The translations under genes were made by a program, and so were the position numbers. A stretch of DNA of 63,501 bases, the filler included, from Cercozoa sp. M6MM (taxonomy: Eukaryota; Protista; Endomyxa: Ascetosporea), in the NCBI GenBank assembly GCA_040357565.1. It is 10 parts of 10 records of this genome, joined end to end, with 100 filler letters (N's around TTAATTAATTAA, not from the genome) between each part and the next. Parts side by side here need not be neighbours in the genome. Positions count along the whole stretch, not along the records: positions 23,497 to 27,641 come from JBDODJ010001215.1; positions 27,742 to 35,811 come from JBDODJ010000573.1; positions 35,912 to 41,046 come from JBDODJ010000970.1; 7 more parts are not named here. The stretch is one strand, 5' to 3'. Positions 26,059 through 39,374 of the stretch are shown here, one piece after another. How positions within the stretch are numbered: the stretch's first letter is position 1; each line of letters begins with the position of its first letter. Under the pieces are notes generated by a model. It saw only the letters and a list, made by a program, of their open reading frames with translations. It did not search any database and was not told the DNA's origin.

Positions 26059-27580
26059 TTACTGTCGCGGCGGCTGCTGCAAATGCGCATGCGGAAGGCG
26101 TTGCGACTGCTGCTGCGACGACGCCAGACGGTGCGACGGCTGTTGTTGCGGCTGTTGTTGTTGCGGCTGCTGTTGTTGCTGCAGTGCTGCGGACTGGTGC
26201 ATCGCAAACTGCTGCTGCTGCTGTCGTTGTTGCTGCTGCTGTCGTTGTTGCTGTTGTCGTTGTTGCTGTTGTTGTCGTTGTTGCAGCAGACGTTGCTGTT
26301 GCTGTTGCTGGTGTTGCTGTGGAATCGCTGACGGCACCGGCATCGTCATGGCTCGCGGGATGGCTGACATGCCGACTCGCTGCTGCTGCTGCTGCTGCTG
26401 CATCAGGTGCATGTGTGCGTGTGCCTGCATCACGTGCACATATATTATCATGCACATAATATATGTATCATACACACATATATACATATATATCATGTCC
26501 AGATAATATAGAGCTATAAATACTCATATCTGCATATATATATATATATACATTTGTAGATAATATATATACATATATAGATAATATATACACATTTGTA
26601 GATAATATATACATTTGTAGACAATATATATACATATACAGATTATATATAGATATATAAACCAGATACACCTTTGTGATTTACCTGTTGCATGGACTGC
26701 GACATGGCCATTGGCGTCGCCATGTGTCGCTGCGACATGGCCTGCGACGTCGTCGTCGACTGCAGGTAGGCGTGCGGAGTCGGTGTCACCACATGCTGTA
26801 TGGGGGGGGGGGGTAAGACAGGAGTTGCAAGGCAGACCAAGCGAGGTACCGGCTTGTGCGCCTGCTGCAGCTGCGTGGGTTTCTGCAGTTGTTGTTTCTG
26901 CAGCAGTTGTTGTTTCTGCAGCTGTTGTTGTTGTTGCTGCCGCAGTCGCATCTGCCGCTGCACGGCGTTGAACAAATCGCGCAGCGCCGGCGGACCGCCC
27001 AGCACGTTCACGAACTGCTGCCACGCCTGTTCCTGTCCAGGGGGGGGGGGGGGGGGTAGAGGGTAAGGGTAGGGGTAGGGGCAGGGGTAGGGGTAGGGGC
27101 ATAGGGGTAGGGGTAGGGGCATAGGGGTAGGGGTAGGCATAGGGGTAGGGGTAGGGGGGTCAGGGGGTAAGATACAGCCAGCTGCGCGATGGCAGCGACG
27201 CCGGGCGGCGTTTCGCACAGTCGTAGCCACAGCACCGACAGTGCCGACACCTGTAGCCACACACACACACCAGCCTTATCACACGTCCTTAATCATACAG
27301 ACCCTTAATCATACAGACCCCTTAATCAATCATACAGACCCTTAATCATACAGACCCCTTAATCATACAGAGCCCCATAATCATACAGAGCCCCTTAATC
27401 ATACAGAGCCCCTTAATCACATGTCCTCAATACAGACCCCCTTAACCATGTGTACCAGTTCGGGCGACCACTCGTCGAGATGTGCCTGCTCGAGTTCGCG
27501 TTGCGTGCCTTCGGCCACGCCGGCTCGGCGCGGCACAAGTTCGCACAGCAGCAGGAAGTTGTGGATCTGGTGTCTGCGCA
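26059..27580 (-). CDS. 3' part of a polyglutamine-rich hypothetical protein
   Basis: Spliced exons such as EQAWQQFVNVLGGPPALRDLFNAVQRQ followed by long CAA/CAG tracts. No family recognised. Confidence 0.55.
27287..27445. repeat. Intronic minisatellite, about 8 copies of CCTTAATCATACAGA(C/GC)C, 16-19 bp
   Basis: Read directly; a tandem array without spacers. Confidence 0.85.
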
Positions 27581-27741
27581 GTTATACCCCCCGCGTGGGG
27601 GCCCAGGGGACCGGCCGGCCCCAGGGGGGACGGGGGACGGANNNNNNNNNNNNNNNNNNNNNNNNNNNNNNNNNNNNNNNNNNNNTTAATTAATTAANNN
27701 NNNNNNNNNNNNNNNNNNNNNNNNNNNNNNNNNNNNNNNNN

Positions 27742-27742
27742 G

Positions 27743-27788
<46 letters not shown>

Positions 27789-28572
27789 CGTCGTCGTTGT
27801 TGTTGTTGTCGTTGCTGCTGCTGCTGCAGTTTCTGCTGCTCTCGCTGCAGCAGCTCCTGCTCAATCTCCTGGCGGTGGCGCTCGAAGGAGCGGTCGAACG
27901 AGTCGACGCTGAAGAGGTCGGTCGCCGGCGGTCGCACCGTCGAGCTCGCCATCGTGATCGTCATCGAGCTCATGCTGTACTCGCGCACTCGGCCCTCCCA
28001 CTCGACTCGTGCCTCCTGTCCCGACGAACGGCTCAGCAGGCGTCGCACGCTGCGCATGCCTCGCTGCCACCGTGTCTGCGTGCACAAGCACAGTGCCACA
28101 TCATGACACTTAATGGTGGGACGAGGTATACAGTGGCAAGGAAGAGACAAGGGCGCACCTTGATGGAGCGAACTAACGAGTTGCGCGGAGAAGGCGAACG
28201 GCGCGGCACCAGTCGGCGTCGCAGCCGTCTCACGTGGCGTCGCACTCGGCGTCGCGTGCGGCGCAGCCAGCGTGTGGCCTGGAACTGTGCATGCCACACG
28301 GCAAGTACGTATTCTCCGCAAACAAGCAGCAAACAAAAGGTCTGAACACAAAACACAAGCACAAGCACAAACACAAACACAAACACGAATACCAAACACG
28401 AACAATAACAAAGACACAACACAAAAAACACACACAAAACCACAAACACAAAAAGACAAAACACACGGCGGGTGAAACGCAGAGAAAACGCCACAAAACC
28501 AGTGCTGGCGCATCCAAAAAACCGTGTGCAGCATACTAGGCGTGCGTACGCATGCTGGACACAACATACCAT
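27742..28572 (-). CDS. 5' part of a polyglutamine-containing hypothetical protein
   Basis: The exon ...SFDRSFERHRQEIEQELLQREQQKLQQQQ runs into the contig end. The start is uncertain. Confidence 0.45.
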
Positions 28573-29147
28573 GTTGGGTCAAACGGTTAAAACGCTTCCT
28601 AGGTCTCTCGGTCGGTTCAACTAGTCGTACACTCTCGTCAGTGTCGAAAGAACAAACCAATGCTGCGTGCTGAACGGAAAATCTATTTTCTCTAGTTTTG
28701 GGCCGCGCGGACTGGCTACAACTCCGCGCAGACACCAGCAGCGGCCCTGTCGTACCCACAGGTGGTTTCGCAGCGCCAGACACCCGGTACAGCACTCTCC
28801 GGAAAACACGAGAAACGTCCCACTCAGCAAATGCACTGCTAGAATGGTGCCGCAGACAGGCGCAGTGGCGTCCCACAGCATCACACAGTCCATGCGGCGC
28901 CACCAGACACGCGCCCCCACAACGGAGCAATTTTTTAATCAATTGGCCCTCATTTTTTATCAATTGGCGCTCATTCTGAGACACTTGTTGACAGTAGACC
29001 ACTATGGAAGCAGCCACCACAAGTGCGCTGCAATTCAAACAGCCCCGGCATACCGAAGTGTCTAATTGACAACGCTACAGCCGCCAATTCGGCGCGGCGG
29101 AACTTTGTTTATTTTGGCGTAGCCATCAGTGTTCCGTTTCGTACTAC

Positions 29148-29216
29148 GTTAGTTAGTTGAGTCTTCTAGGAAACCAACGATGTAGTTACCCTGCACCAGT
29201 CCGGGGTGGGTCGCAA
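29148..29216 (-). mobile_element. 5'-truncated non-LTR retroposon (SINE/LINE 3' end), copy 1
   Basis: The reverse complement matches 59439-59504 at 60 of 66 nt and ends AGAAGACTC(AACT)n. Degenerate TSD CCGTTTCnnnCTA at 29134 and 29217. Confidence 0.75.
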
Positions 29217-29325
29217 CCGTTTCAGGCTAACTAGACTTCAATTTCAACAAAGCCTCATGGCCAGCCGACAGCCTCGATCTTGTCGTTCGTTCGCGATTAC
29301 TTCGACGCAGCCACTTCCGGTTACT

Positions 29326-32300
29326 TTAGTCCGTGTCAGTGGTCAACGAGGTTGAGTCAGAGTTGGAGCTCCCGACTAGTCGTGAGCGCTCGAAAGCGCG
29401 AGCAGCAGTTTCGTCGGACGTGCGTTTCTCGCTACCGAGCAGAGCGTAGCAGGCGTCCTTGGAAAAGTCGAGCTGCATTCAAAGCTCAGTTCACACACAG
29501 ACACAGACACAGACACAGACACAGACACAGACACACACACACACACACAAAGCTACACGCATAGAATGGCAACGTACACACACGCGCAGTTGCGAGTCGG
29601 CGTGCAAGTTGAGCGACTCGAGTCTGCTTTCATCGGCCGTCGCGTGTTCCGCATCGTCCACGCGGAAGACAACATGCGACGGCGCGAACTGATGTTCAGA
29701 ACCTCCCAAATCACGCAGAAGTGCGTTTAGCGCCTCCTGGTCCTCCTGCACATCAGAAGGCATATCGCTCGACCCACACAGCACGAAAAATAGCAAGCTA
29801 CGCTCAGCAAGCGGCGATACAGGGCGAGTCGCAGGTCACCCACACGTAGAGACTTCAGGCAGTGAGTAAGTTGGTCGAGCACACTAAGAGTAGAGCGGAT
29901 ATACTGGAGCATCGGCAGGCGCTGTCAAAGACAGGTGCGAGCACACTGGCAGTTGTCGCGACGTGCGCGACTTGCGTCGCTCGAAGCGGAAGTTCGATAG
30001 CGACAGAAGGAACTCCTCCTGGCCGACGTACCATACCTCGAGTTCCACCCTATCACGACATACACATACGCACGGACAACATGCTTCTTGATCTCAACTA
30101 CATGAGGGAGAGAGAGAGCAGTGTACGAGCCACTGGTGTGCATGGCAGGACGCGCTTTAAGACAGGTTTCGCATACCGACAACTGCGCAGAACAGCCCAG
30201 AAATCACACTGACTTGCCTCAGCAACAACAGTTCACCCCCCCCCCCCAGAGCGCTAAGTGTACACTTCGCAGTGACTTCGGGTGTAGCTTCCAGTGCCGC
30301 CGCTTAGTCTTGCGTTTGCCGTCGGCACTTCTGGTATCGTAGCGCATGCAAGGCATGTCCCTGCACACATGCCAAAGGGTAAGTGTATGTATGTACACGC
30401 CTCAGACGATGGTACGGGTTCAACAGTCGATCGCGCATCCACGCGAGACAGAACACAGTGTCAGTTTGAGCAGTCGCATTTGCTTTCGTCTGTTGCGACG
30501 GTTGATGTGTGCTATCGTCATCTTTATCATCGTTATCGGAATCGTTATCGTCGCGCATCTTGCTCTGTTCGTTCCTGCGCGCACTTCGCCGTCGCAGGCG
30601 CAGAGAGCGGCGCGTCACGACGCGAGCGGATCGGCGCAAGTCTCGTCGGTCATCCTCGTCCGAGTGCTCGCTGGCGTCGCTGTTGCTGTCGGCGTTCTTG
30701 TCGTAGCTCGAATCCGACTGGCCACTCGCGTCGCGCTCACTTGCAGCCTTGCTGTCAACATTGCCTTCAGCATTGCCTTCAGTGTCCACAACGACGCGAC
30801 TTCTCACGATAGTGGCATCATCGTCATCATCATCGGTGTCCTCGTCAGTGTCATTGTCCGTGTTCTCATCAGTGCCTTCATCCAGAATGACTGGACCGCT
30901 GCTTTCGCCGTCGATCTCAAAATCGGCCACGTGCTTCATCAGGTCCTCCTTCGGGATCACGCACAGCGTGTGCGTCACCTGGCAGCAAATACACACCAGT
31001 GAACACACACACACACACACCCAGGCACAGACACAGACACAGACACAGACACAGACAGAAGTGACCATACCTTGAGTGCCTCGGACTTCTCGTTCAACAG
31101 TTTCCAGCGCAGCTGGCCGTGCTCACACAACTGCACAAACGTACACACACAAACAAAGTTTAAATCAGAACAACACTAATCAAAATTAGAAAGGAGACGT
31201 ACCAAGGTGTCACGCGGCATTTCTGGCCACTCTAGTTCTCTCCAGTCGTGCCCTTTGTCGATGACTTGCACTCGAATCTCGCACGCCTGTCACAAGATAC
31301 GCACACATATCAACTCAAAAGTCGATTGAGGACAGCAGTTTTTGAAACACAACGCACCAGGAACAGATGACGCACGAAAGCGGCCGGTAGAACAAAGAAA
31401 TGGCCGCTGAAGCGGTTCTGGTGCGGAATGCTCGGAAAGCGGTAGTTGCGATACCACAGCTTGAGACTGCGAATAGCTTCCACTGCACACGCAACGTCAA
31501 TTTGAGAAGCTTTGAACAGGGTCGAAAAAAACACAACGTGCCATAAGCAGCGCGATGCGAATCGGCCAACTGGCACAACGAACACACCGAGTCAGCTCGC
31601 GTGTCGCGCAGATTCGGAAAAACGGAGAGTGCAAGTTCCCATTCCGAGTCATCCAGCAGAACAATGTTCTCTTTCTTTGCGACTGGTCTCAATGCCTGCG
31701 GAAGCTCCAGATACAAACCAACCTCCACCACATACAGCAAAGGGAGCTACGTTGTGAGGGCACACGAGCGTGCTGTTTGTATTCCAGTCCTTCTCCTGGT
31801 CCGCCGGGTCCGGGCCTAATACGAGAAACAAGGGAATACAAACAAGTATGGGTCAGAGACAAGCAATACAGTGCCGTTTGTCCATCCGTTCCGCGCAAGC
31901 AAACACATCCGTGCTCACCAGTCGATCCGTTGGCTGCAGAGCTGTCTCACAAACGTTTCAGCTCTCGACCAAGAAGAGAAAGACAACAAAACAAATCTAT
32001 TTCTACCGGTCCACTGGATGCGTCCTCGGAACCTCTGAACCCAGTAACAGTGATTCAGTGCCAAAGCAGCACTGAAATGAGTCAGCACACCTCAGGTCGT
32101 TGTTTCGACGAGATTTTCTTAATTTTGCACAATTTGCGCAACTGACGTGCCGAAACCTCATCACAGAAAACAAAAAACAAAAAAACAAAAAGCAAGAACT
32201 CACGCTTTCAAGCGCTTGGAGGTCCTGCGACTGCTCGAGCCTGCGAAACAATGCGTACAGCGTCGCCGAAACAGGATTAAAGTTCCCGGCAGGTCGTGTA

Positions 32301-35300
32301 CCGAAAACGCGAGCTGCACTCGAGACAGAGCTCGAGTTGCTCGTTCGACGAGAGCACTGGTTCCTCAGCGCCGTAGCGCTGTCGCAACATCTCGTAGGCT
32401 GCAACACAGTGTGTGACACGTTAGAAGACAATAGAAGGGATTTAGTGAACACCAGGCAGTGAAATTCGTTTGAAATCGAGACATTCGCGCGGAGAGAGTT
32501 TGCTACGCACCAGCCCAGTCAACAGCGAGGTACAATCGTACGGTACAAGTGTGTACCCATGTTGACAAAGTAGAGGCTTGGACGGAATCGGCGGAATCGT
32601 GAAGGCAGCGTCGATGGCCTGTGGGGGAATAAATTAAGGACACGTGCGACAGGTGAGGTTAGTTAACGTACCTTGATGTTGGCGTAGACACAGTCAGTGC
32701 CAGGCACTTCCTCAACGACGGAGGTATCAGTGATCTTGATGTCTTCTAGTAAATAAATAAACAGCCAGGTGAGACAATCCATGTGAACAGTGCATGCAGT
32801 CCATGCGGACAGTCCAAGTGTACCGGATTCGTTGAGATCGATGACGTCATCGATAGGCTGGGCGTGCTGCTGCTCGACAAAAATGGCGCGTTCGAGCCAC
32901 TCGGTCGGCACGATGCCAAATTGAGTCACCGGTGGCTACAGGTGTCCAGACACAGGTACACCTAGACCCAGCTGGGTCCAAACGAACCGCGGACTGCCCA
33001 GTACCTGCTCCGTCGGCACCTCGGCCACGTCGTCTGCGCGGACGCGACGACGTTTCGCTGCGCGCTCCTCCGTACGTCTGTCTCACGTTCACCGGGGGGG
33101 GGGGGGCAAGATGGGGGGTAAAGGCGTAAAGAGGGGGGTAAAGAGGGGTAAAGAGGGGGGTAAAGAGGGGGGTAAAGAGGGGGGTAAAAAGCACCCGAAC
33201 ATCACGCGATTCAACTGGAGCGACGACGCCACCGGGAGTCGCCAGGACTCGGGCAGCGTCGTATCCGTCCTGTCCAGACAGGAGACAGTACAGATGAACC
33301 AGTACACATGGACCAGTACAGATGGACCAGTACAGATGGACCGGTACAATGGACCAGTCCATGCACATTAGTTAAGGGTGCGACATGTGTTAATAAAGGC
33401 TGCAAATACACGGGAGCCGACTCGAGCACCTGTCGCATGAAGGCGCAGTGTCGCTGCACCAGCGACTCACTGCACACGCACGTGCTCACTCAGCGGTCGC
33501 CCCAGTCACCCACGCACCTCCCCAGTCACCCACGTGGTCACCCAGAGACACGTGGCCTACCGATGGCGACGCAACTCGTCGTACTGCACCATGCGACGCA
33601 GCTACAAAGTTAGACTCCCACTCCCCTGCTTACCTTTTTAAGACAATAGAAGCGAGTACAAGTTTGTGGTTGTCGGAATGCACACGTGCCAACAATCGAT
33701 CCGGCACGTCCTGGAAAGGGGGGGGGGGGTAAAAGGGGTAAATAGGGAGGAGGGGTAACACCTCCGGAGTCAACTGTCGCTGCTGCAGTTCGTCCCAGTA
33801 GCTTCGCCGCACGTAGAACAACTGCTCAAGGGGGTAAACAGGGGGGTAAACAGGGGGTAAACAGGGGGGGGTAAACATGGAGGTAAACAGGGGGTAAACA
33901 GGGGGGCAAACAGGGGGTAAACAGGGGGGGGGGGGGTAAACAGGGGGGGTAAAGCACCTGGTAGACGTTCTTGGAGCCGACGCGGCGTTTCTTCTGCTGC
34001 TGCGACTCGCTCTGCGACTGCTGCGCAACGAGGCGCCTCTTGGCCTGTGCGTACAAATGGACATACACATTGTGGACCAGTCCGGACCACTCCAGACCAA
34101 CAAGTCCAGACCAACCAGTCCAAACGGACCAGTACAAACGGACCAGTACAAACAGTAGACACATGGGACTACCTTGCGAGCCGCCTGACGTGTTCGCCGG
34201 GTGAACTGAGCGAAGGGGGTAAAGAGGGGGTAAAGAGGGGGGGTAAAAGGAGAACAACAGGAGGGTAAGGGGGTATACATGGAACGGATTTTGTTGTGCC
34301 GGCAGAACCGGCAGATTCGGCGGCTATAGAGGGTTAAACCGGGGGGCAAACATGTGAGTAAACAGGGAGGTAAACGGGGGGAGGGGTAAACAAGGGGTAA
34401 ATATGAGTAAACAGGGAGTAAATAGGAGGGGTATAGGAGGGTAAATAGGGGGTCAATATGGGGTACATAAGGGGGGTAAATAGGGGGGAGGGTAAATGGG
34501 GGGTACATGGGGGGTAAATGGGGTAAATGGGGGGTAAATGGGGGGTAAATAGGGGGGTAAAATAGGGAGGTAAATGGGGGGAGGGGTAAAGTGCTACCGG
34601 AGGCATGCTCGCCAGTGGATTGTCGACACNNNNNNNNNNNNNNNNNNNNNNNNNNNNNNNNNNNNNNNNNNNNNNNNNNNNNNNNNNNNNNNNNNNNNNN
34701 NNNNNNNNNNNNNNNNNNNNNNNNNNNNNAAAACCAGACGGTTTCTCCACGGGACGCACTTCCGTGTCATCGAAGCGCAGCCACACCTGTGCAGAGACCA
34801 CACGTTTTGCCGCCCTGTTTACCCCCCCCCCACCCCTACCCCCTTTACCCTTATCCACCTACCGGATCATCTGGTCGTCGGTCAGGTCGACGCACGTCGG
34901 CAACGTAGTGACCCGCCAGCGGTGTGGCACCCTACAGGAGGGGGGGGGTAAACAAGGGGTAAACAAGGGGGTAAACAAGGGGGTAAACAGGGGGGTAAAC
35001 GGGAGGTACGATGTGCTGCAACACGGCGAGCAGCACGTATTCGTCGGCAGGATCGACGTCTTTCTCGTCCTCATTCTCATCTGGGTGGGGGGTAAAGGGG
35101 GACAAGAGGGGTAGGGGGGGTAAAACTACCATCGTCCGACAGCAGTTCGATGGTTCGCGACGTCACATCCGACGGATTCTCATACTCGAAACCGTCCTCC
35201 TGAGTTACAAGCCTCTTTACCCCTACCCCTACCCCTTTACCCTACCCCTTTACCCCTACCCCTTTACCCATACCCCCCTACCCCCTTTACCCCTACCCCC

Positions 35301-35692
35301 TACCCCATTTACCCCTACCTCCCTACCCCATTTACCCCTACCCCCCTACCCCATTTACCCCTACCCCCCTACCCCATTTACCCCTACCCCCCTACCCCAT
35401 TTACCCCCACCCCCCACCCCTACCCCTTTACCCTATCCCCCTACCCCTACCCCTTTACCCCCTACCTCAGCATCGCGTGCAAAGGCGGTCTGCACGCGTC
35501 GGAAGCGGCCCATGCGCAGCACCTCGGGATACGTGATCACGTCCTACTTGTACAATGGTCGGGTCCAGTTCGCATCAAGGGTCAGTCCAGTTCGGACAAA
35601 GATCAGATTCGTACGGTCCAGTGTGTACCTGCAGTTTCACAATGCTGAACTGACCGTTCTGAAAACGCGGCGCGAACCGACCGAACACCATC
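29326..35692 (-). CDS. USP48: USP48-like ubiquitin-specific protease (C-terminal USP half, DUSP-like repeats, C-terminal UBL); 5'-truncated
   Basis: VITYPEVL, YVLLAVLQHIG..AGHYVADV...WLRFDD, LCQHG and LCEHG DUSP-like motifs, a UBL-like VGDLRLALY..RLESLNL, and a terminal RAFERSRLVG resembling the USP48 tail. Confidence 0.75.
34332..34592. repeat. Representative intronic degenerate (GGGGTAAA)n / (TTTACCCC)n tract
   Basis: One of dozens of such tracts, for example 23775-24000, 33093-33190, 33830-33955, 53305-53400, 58010-58220 and 62795-63060. Confidence 0.9.
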
Positions 35693-35929
35693 TGGAGGCA
35701 GGGGGGGTAAGGGGTAAAGGGGGTAAACAATGGGCAAGCGAGGGGGTAAGCAGGGGGTAAGCGAGGGTAAGCAGGGGTAAACAGGGGGTAAACAGGGGGT
35801 AAACAGGGGGGNNNNNNNNNNNNNNNNNNNNNNNNNNNNNNNNNNNNNNNNNNNNTTAATTAATTAANNNNNNNNNNNNNNNNNNNNNNNNNNNNNNNNN
35901 NNNNNNNNNNNCCCCCCCCCCCCCCCAAC

Positions 35930-36474
35930 AGTGTCGTCGGAAGAGGTGACGAAGCAGGTGCTGAGTGACATGAGGACCTGGCTCAGTGCGCCTGTTCGGT
36001 ATCACAAGCCTGTTTGTTTGTTATCTTTTGTTGTTGTTTTTGTTGTTTTTTTGTTGTTGTTTTTGTTGTTTTTTTGTTGTTGTTTTTGTTGTTTTTTGTT
36101 GTTGTTTTTTATGCTTTTTTTAAGCAGGCGAAATTTTGAAGCGATCGGCGATGACACTTTCCGCACTGTCTCTCTCGTACTACTCATTGCCCCCCTACCC
36201 CTATCCCCCTTTACCCCCCTGTTAACCCCAGGAGAACGACGAAGTGCTGCTCCACGTCAGTCGGCAGAAGGAGTGCATTCCTCAGGTACACAATACACAG
36301 ACACAAATATACACACACACATGTACACATATACATGCATGCCTATTCTGGGGGGAGGTAGTACGATACGAGTCATCGCGCTAACGTCGACCGACTCAAG
36401 CAGAGCACACCGCACAATGTCACTCTGCTGGGTCTGTCTGCATATATTCTTTTTAAATTATATTGTATTTATAG

Positions 36475-36505
<31 letters not shown>

Positions 36506-36663
36506 TTAAATATATATATTATATAATATCAGTTGTATATTATATAGATATATGTACACATGCCGTAGGTGCCAGCTACGACAGCGTTGCCGTGCCGCAG
36601 CTCGTGTGCCGTGCCGTGCACGCGGCCGCCGACCTGGTGCGCCAGAGTAGCTTCGCCGAGTAA
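35930..36663 (+). CDS. PPOX: Protoporphyrinogen oxidase, 3' fragment
   Basis: Spliced KECIPQYDTSH...VTLLGASYDSVAVPQLV..AVHAA matches the PPOX C-terminus (CIPQY..H...LAGASYEGVAV). Confidence 0.8.
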
Positions 36664-38954
36664 CTGGTCTCTACCGTACATGAACATCAACGTCAAGTCG
36701 AACTGATTCTCGCCTGACTAGTGCTGTAACTACTACGTTAGTAGACGATATACACGCCCATACGATACACATAAGCTATCGAATATGCATGTTAAAGCCA
36801 AACAAAGAGAGGGAGTGCACCGACAAAAAAGGGGAAACTTATATTCACCAGAAGTAACACTTCGTGGTGTGGATACGGGACCCGCAGACACAGCCACCTC
36901 TTCTCTTCTTTTATTTCAAAACAACGCCGACAGAAAACAGTATTCTTCTACTTGCAAGTGCAACACGCCGAGTCGAGCAGTGCGGCAGCTGGACGACGTG
37001 CAGGTCGGTCTACCAGGCCGTTCGCACGTCGAGATTTTCTGGATCTAGTATTGCCTGTCAAGTAGCGCTGCTAACTAACTGGCAACTAGCACACAGCCGC
37101 ACACAGCAGCAAACAAAGTTATAGCTCGTGCTCGTGTAAAAGTTGTTCATTCAGTTTGAGCCAAAAATACCTGTTCCGGTGCTCCCGATCTCGCTGAGCG
37201 CAATTAGAGGCTTAGGCACGTCTATTAGGCAGAAAATACTAGTGGAGTTTCAGGACTGCCCACAAAAGTGTCACTAGTCACACCGGCGCTGTGGGTGGAG
37301 AAACGCGCACCGAGTGACTGGATTTTGTTTGCAAACTTGATTTTTGTTGCGGCTCGAGAGCACGTCGCGAGGTGTGCAACGGCTTTTGTGCAGTTTTGAG
37401 ACCCCGCTGCACACGTCGCACATCTAATCTAAGCACGTTCTTGCTGTGGGCGCGGCTTCTGGGCGTTTCAAGTGGGTGTGTGCAGGGTGATGGGGCGAGT
37501 GTAGTGACACTCTGGCACACCTTGGAAGGTCGAATGGATTCCGGTGTAGCCATGTGAGTGAGTGCTCGGCACGCGATTTGTACAGAAAATTGGCCCCTTC
37601 TTTCACCACGCATTGTGTGAGTTTGAGACTTGTGATACGAGAAACTACCGAACGCCAGAGTGCACTGTGCACTATAAGAACGCTTTTTTGCGCTTTGTGA
37701 AATGGTGAGTTTTCTGTGTGCCTGCGTTTCACACTGTGCAACACTGTTGTTTGGTGCGTCGATGCACTGTGGGAGTGGTTTCTGGGCTGCTGCTCCGAGA
37801 GTCCGCTTCTCTTTTGTCGTTTTGTTTTTTGTCGTTTTGTTTTTTGTTTTTTGTTTTTGGCCCGTCGTTTTCTGTCTTTTGTTTTGTCTTTATACAGTCA
37901 GTGCATTCACGAGTGTGTGCGCGCAGACTTTCCTGCGCAACCTCTTCGGGTGCCTGCGTGCACCCCGTGACAACGAGACGGCGCCGACGCCTGCAGGCCC
38001 TGGGCCGTCGTGCGAGCATGAGTAGCACCTGCTGCTGCTGCTGAACAGCGAGGCGCGTCTTTCCGCGTCTGCTGGAAGCGCCGGCAGCAGCAGCAGCGCC
38101 TGCAACTGCGCCAACTCGCCGTCGAAGCTGCTGCCGCCGTTCGAGAGCGGCAGGAACGACTCGAGCGCGAGCGTCGGGAGGCACTCGAGCTCGAGCGTGA
38201 GGCGCGAGTGCTGCGCGTCGCCCGCCGTGCGCGCGAGCTGTTCCGCCACTTGCTGGAGCTCCGGCTGCAGCACGCCATCGCCGTGCGCTGCAGCAGTGCG
38301 CAGCCTTGCGCACTCGAAGCGCGCTGCGGCTCGCCTCCTCACTTCCGCCGTCGTCGTTGACTGCGACAAGAGGTGACACTGCCGGCTGTGACATGTCGCA
38401 CCCCTTCCCCCCGGTGTATTTTTACACCACCTTTGCTTCAGCACTACTTTCAACTTTCGAGTTGTTACAACTAATCAGCTGCCAGTGTTTCGGTTGTACT
38501 GTCCGTCATAATGAATGCTAACAACCAAGCACTGTACCGTACCGTACCAGTATGAGTTTAATCGTGCCACATCACGCCAGTACACCGTGGGCTGACATAT
38601 TCTATCTAGTATCTACTTTTGCGATATGATCTAGTATCAATGCAAGATACTGTGGCACCGCTGTCGGTCGTTTTCTCCGAGAGTATTCGTACCGGTGCGA
38701 ACGCTACTGATCAGCTGTGTGCGCTCTTATGCGCTACATCAGGCGAATCTGTGCATCGCTTCCTGAGTCTGCTTGCGGAAAAGTGCTGCCTCGGCTGAAA
38801 ACGAGACCCGGCAAGACACGACTGAGTTTAGTTAAAGTGTCAACGTTATCGTTAGATAAGCCAGGTTTTGTGCGTTAAAAAGACGGAATCCAAATCTATT
38901 GAAACAATGTTTTGCTGCTTGGGGGGCAAGCGAAGGCTAAAATCGACGCGCTAA

Positions 38955-39325
38955 ATTTTAAACGCACTGCACGGCAAAGGCAGCGGCCATACAGAGTTCG
39001 AATATTTCCTCTTTCGACTACAAGCACAGTTGCCACTAGTGAAACAAGACAGTCCTGGCGACATACAAATTCAAAGCTACCAGTTTCTCCACGGAGATGT
39101 CACGGCCGCCGTGGCTGACCGTACGCTGTTTGCCAAAATAAACAAACCCACTACAACAACACTTTCCATATGAGCATGTGTGTCTGTGGCTCACCTTGGA
39201 CACGACAGTATTTCGGCTGTAGCCACCGCTACCGTTGCTGCTGCTGCTGACGGAGGCGGAGTGTAGCGACTCTGGACAGAAACAACATTTTCATTCACAG
39301 GAACAGGCCAGGGATGCACACACAC

Positions 39326-39374
<49 letters not shown>

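Noticed and set aside
27287-27445. CRISPR-like array (also 8275-8327, 24437-24497, 56565-56652)
   Set aside because: These are tandem units without unique spacers, in eukaryotic introns, with no cas genes.
37067-37090. CTAACTAACT as a fourth retroposon tail
   Set aside because: It lacks the upstream AGAAGACTC hairpin and a TSD, and is too short to support.
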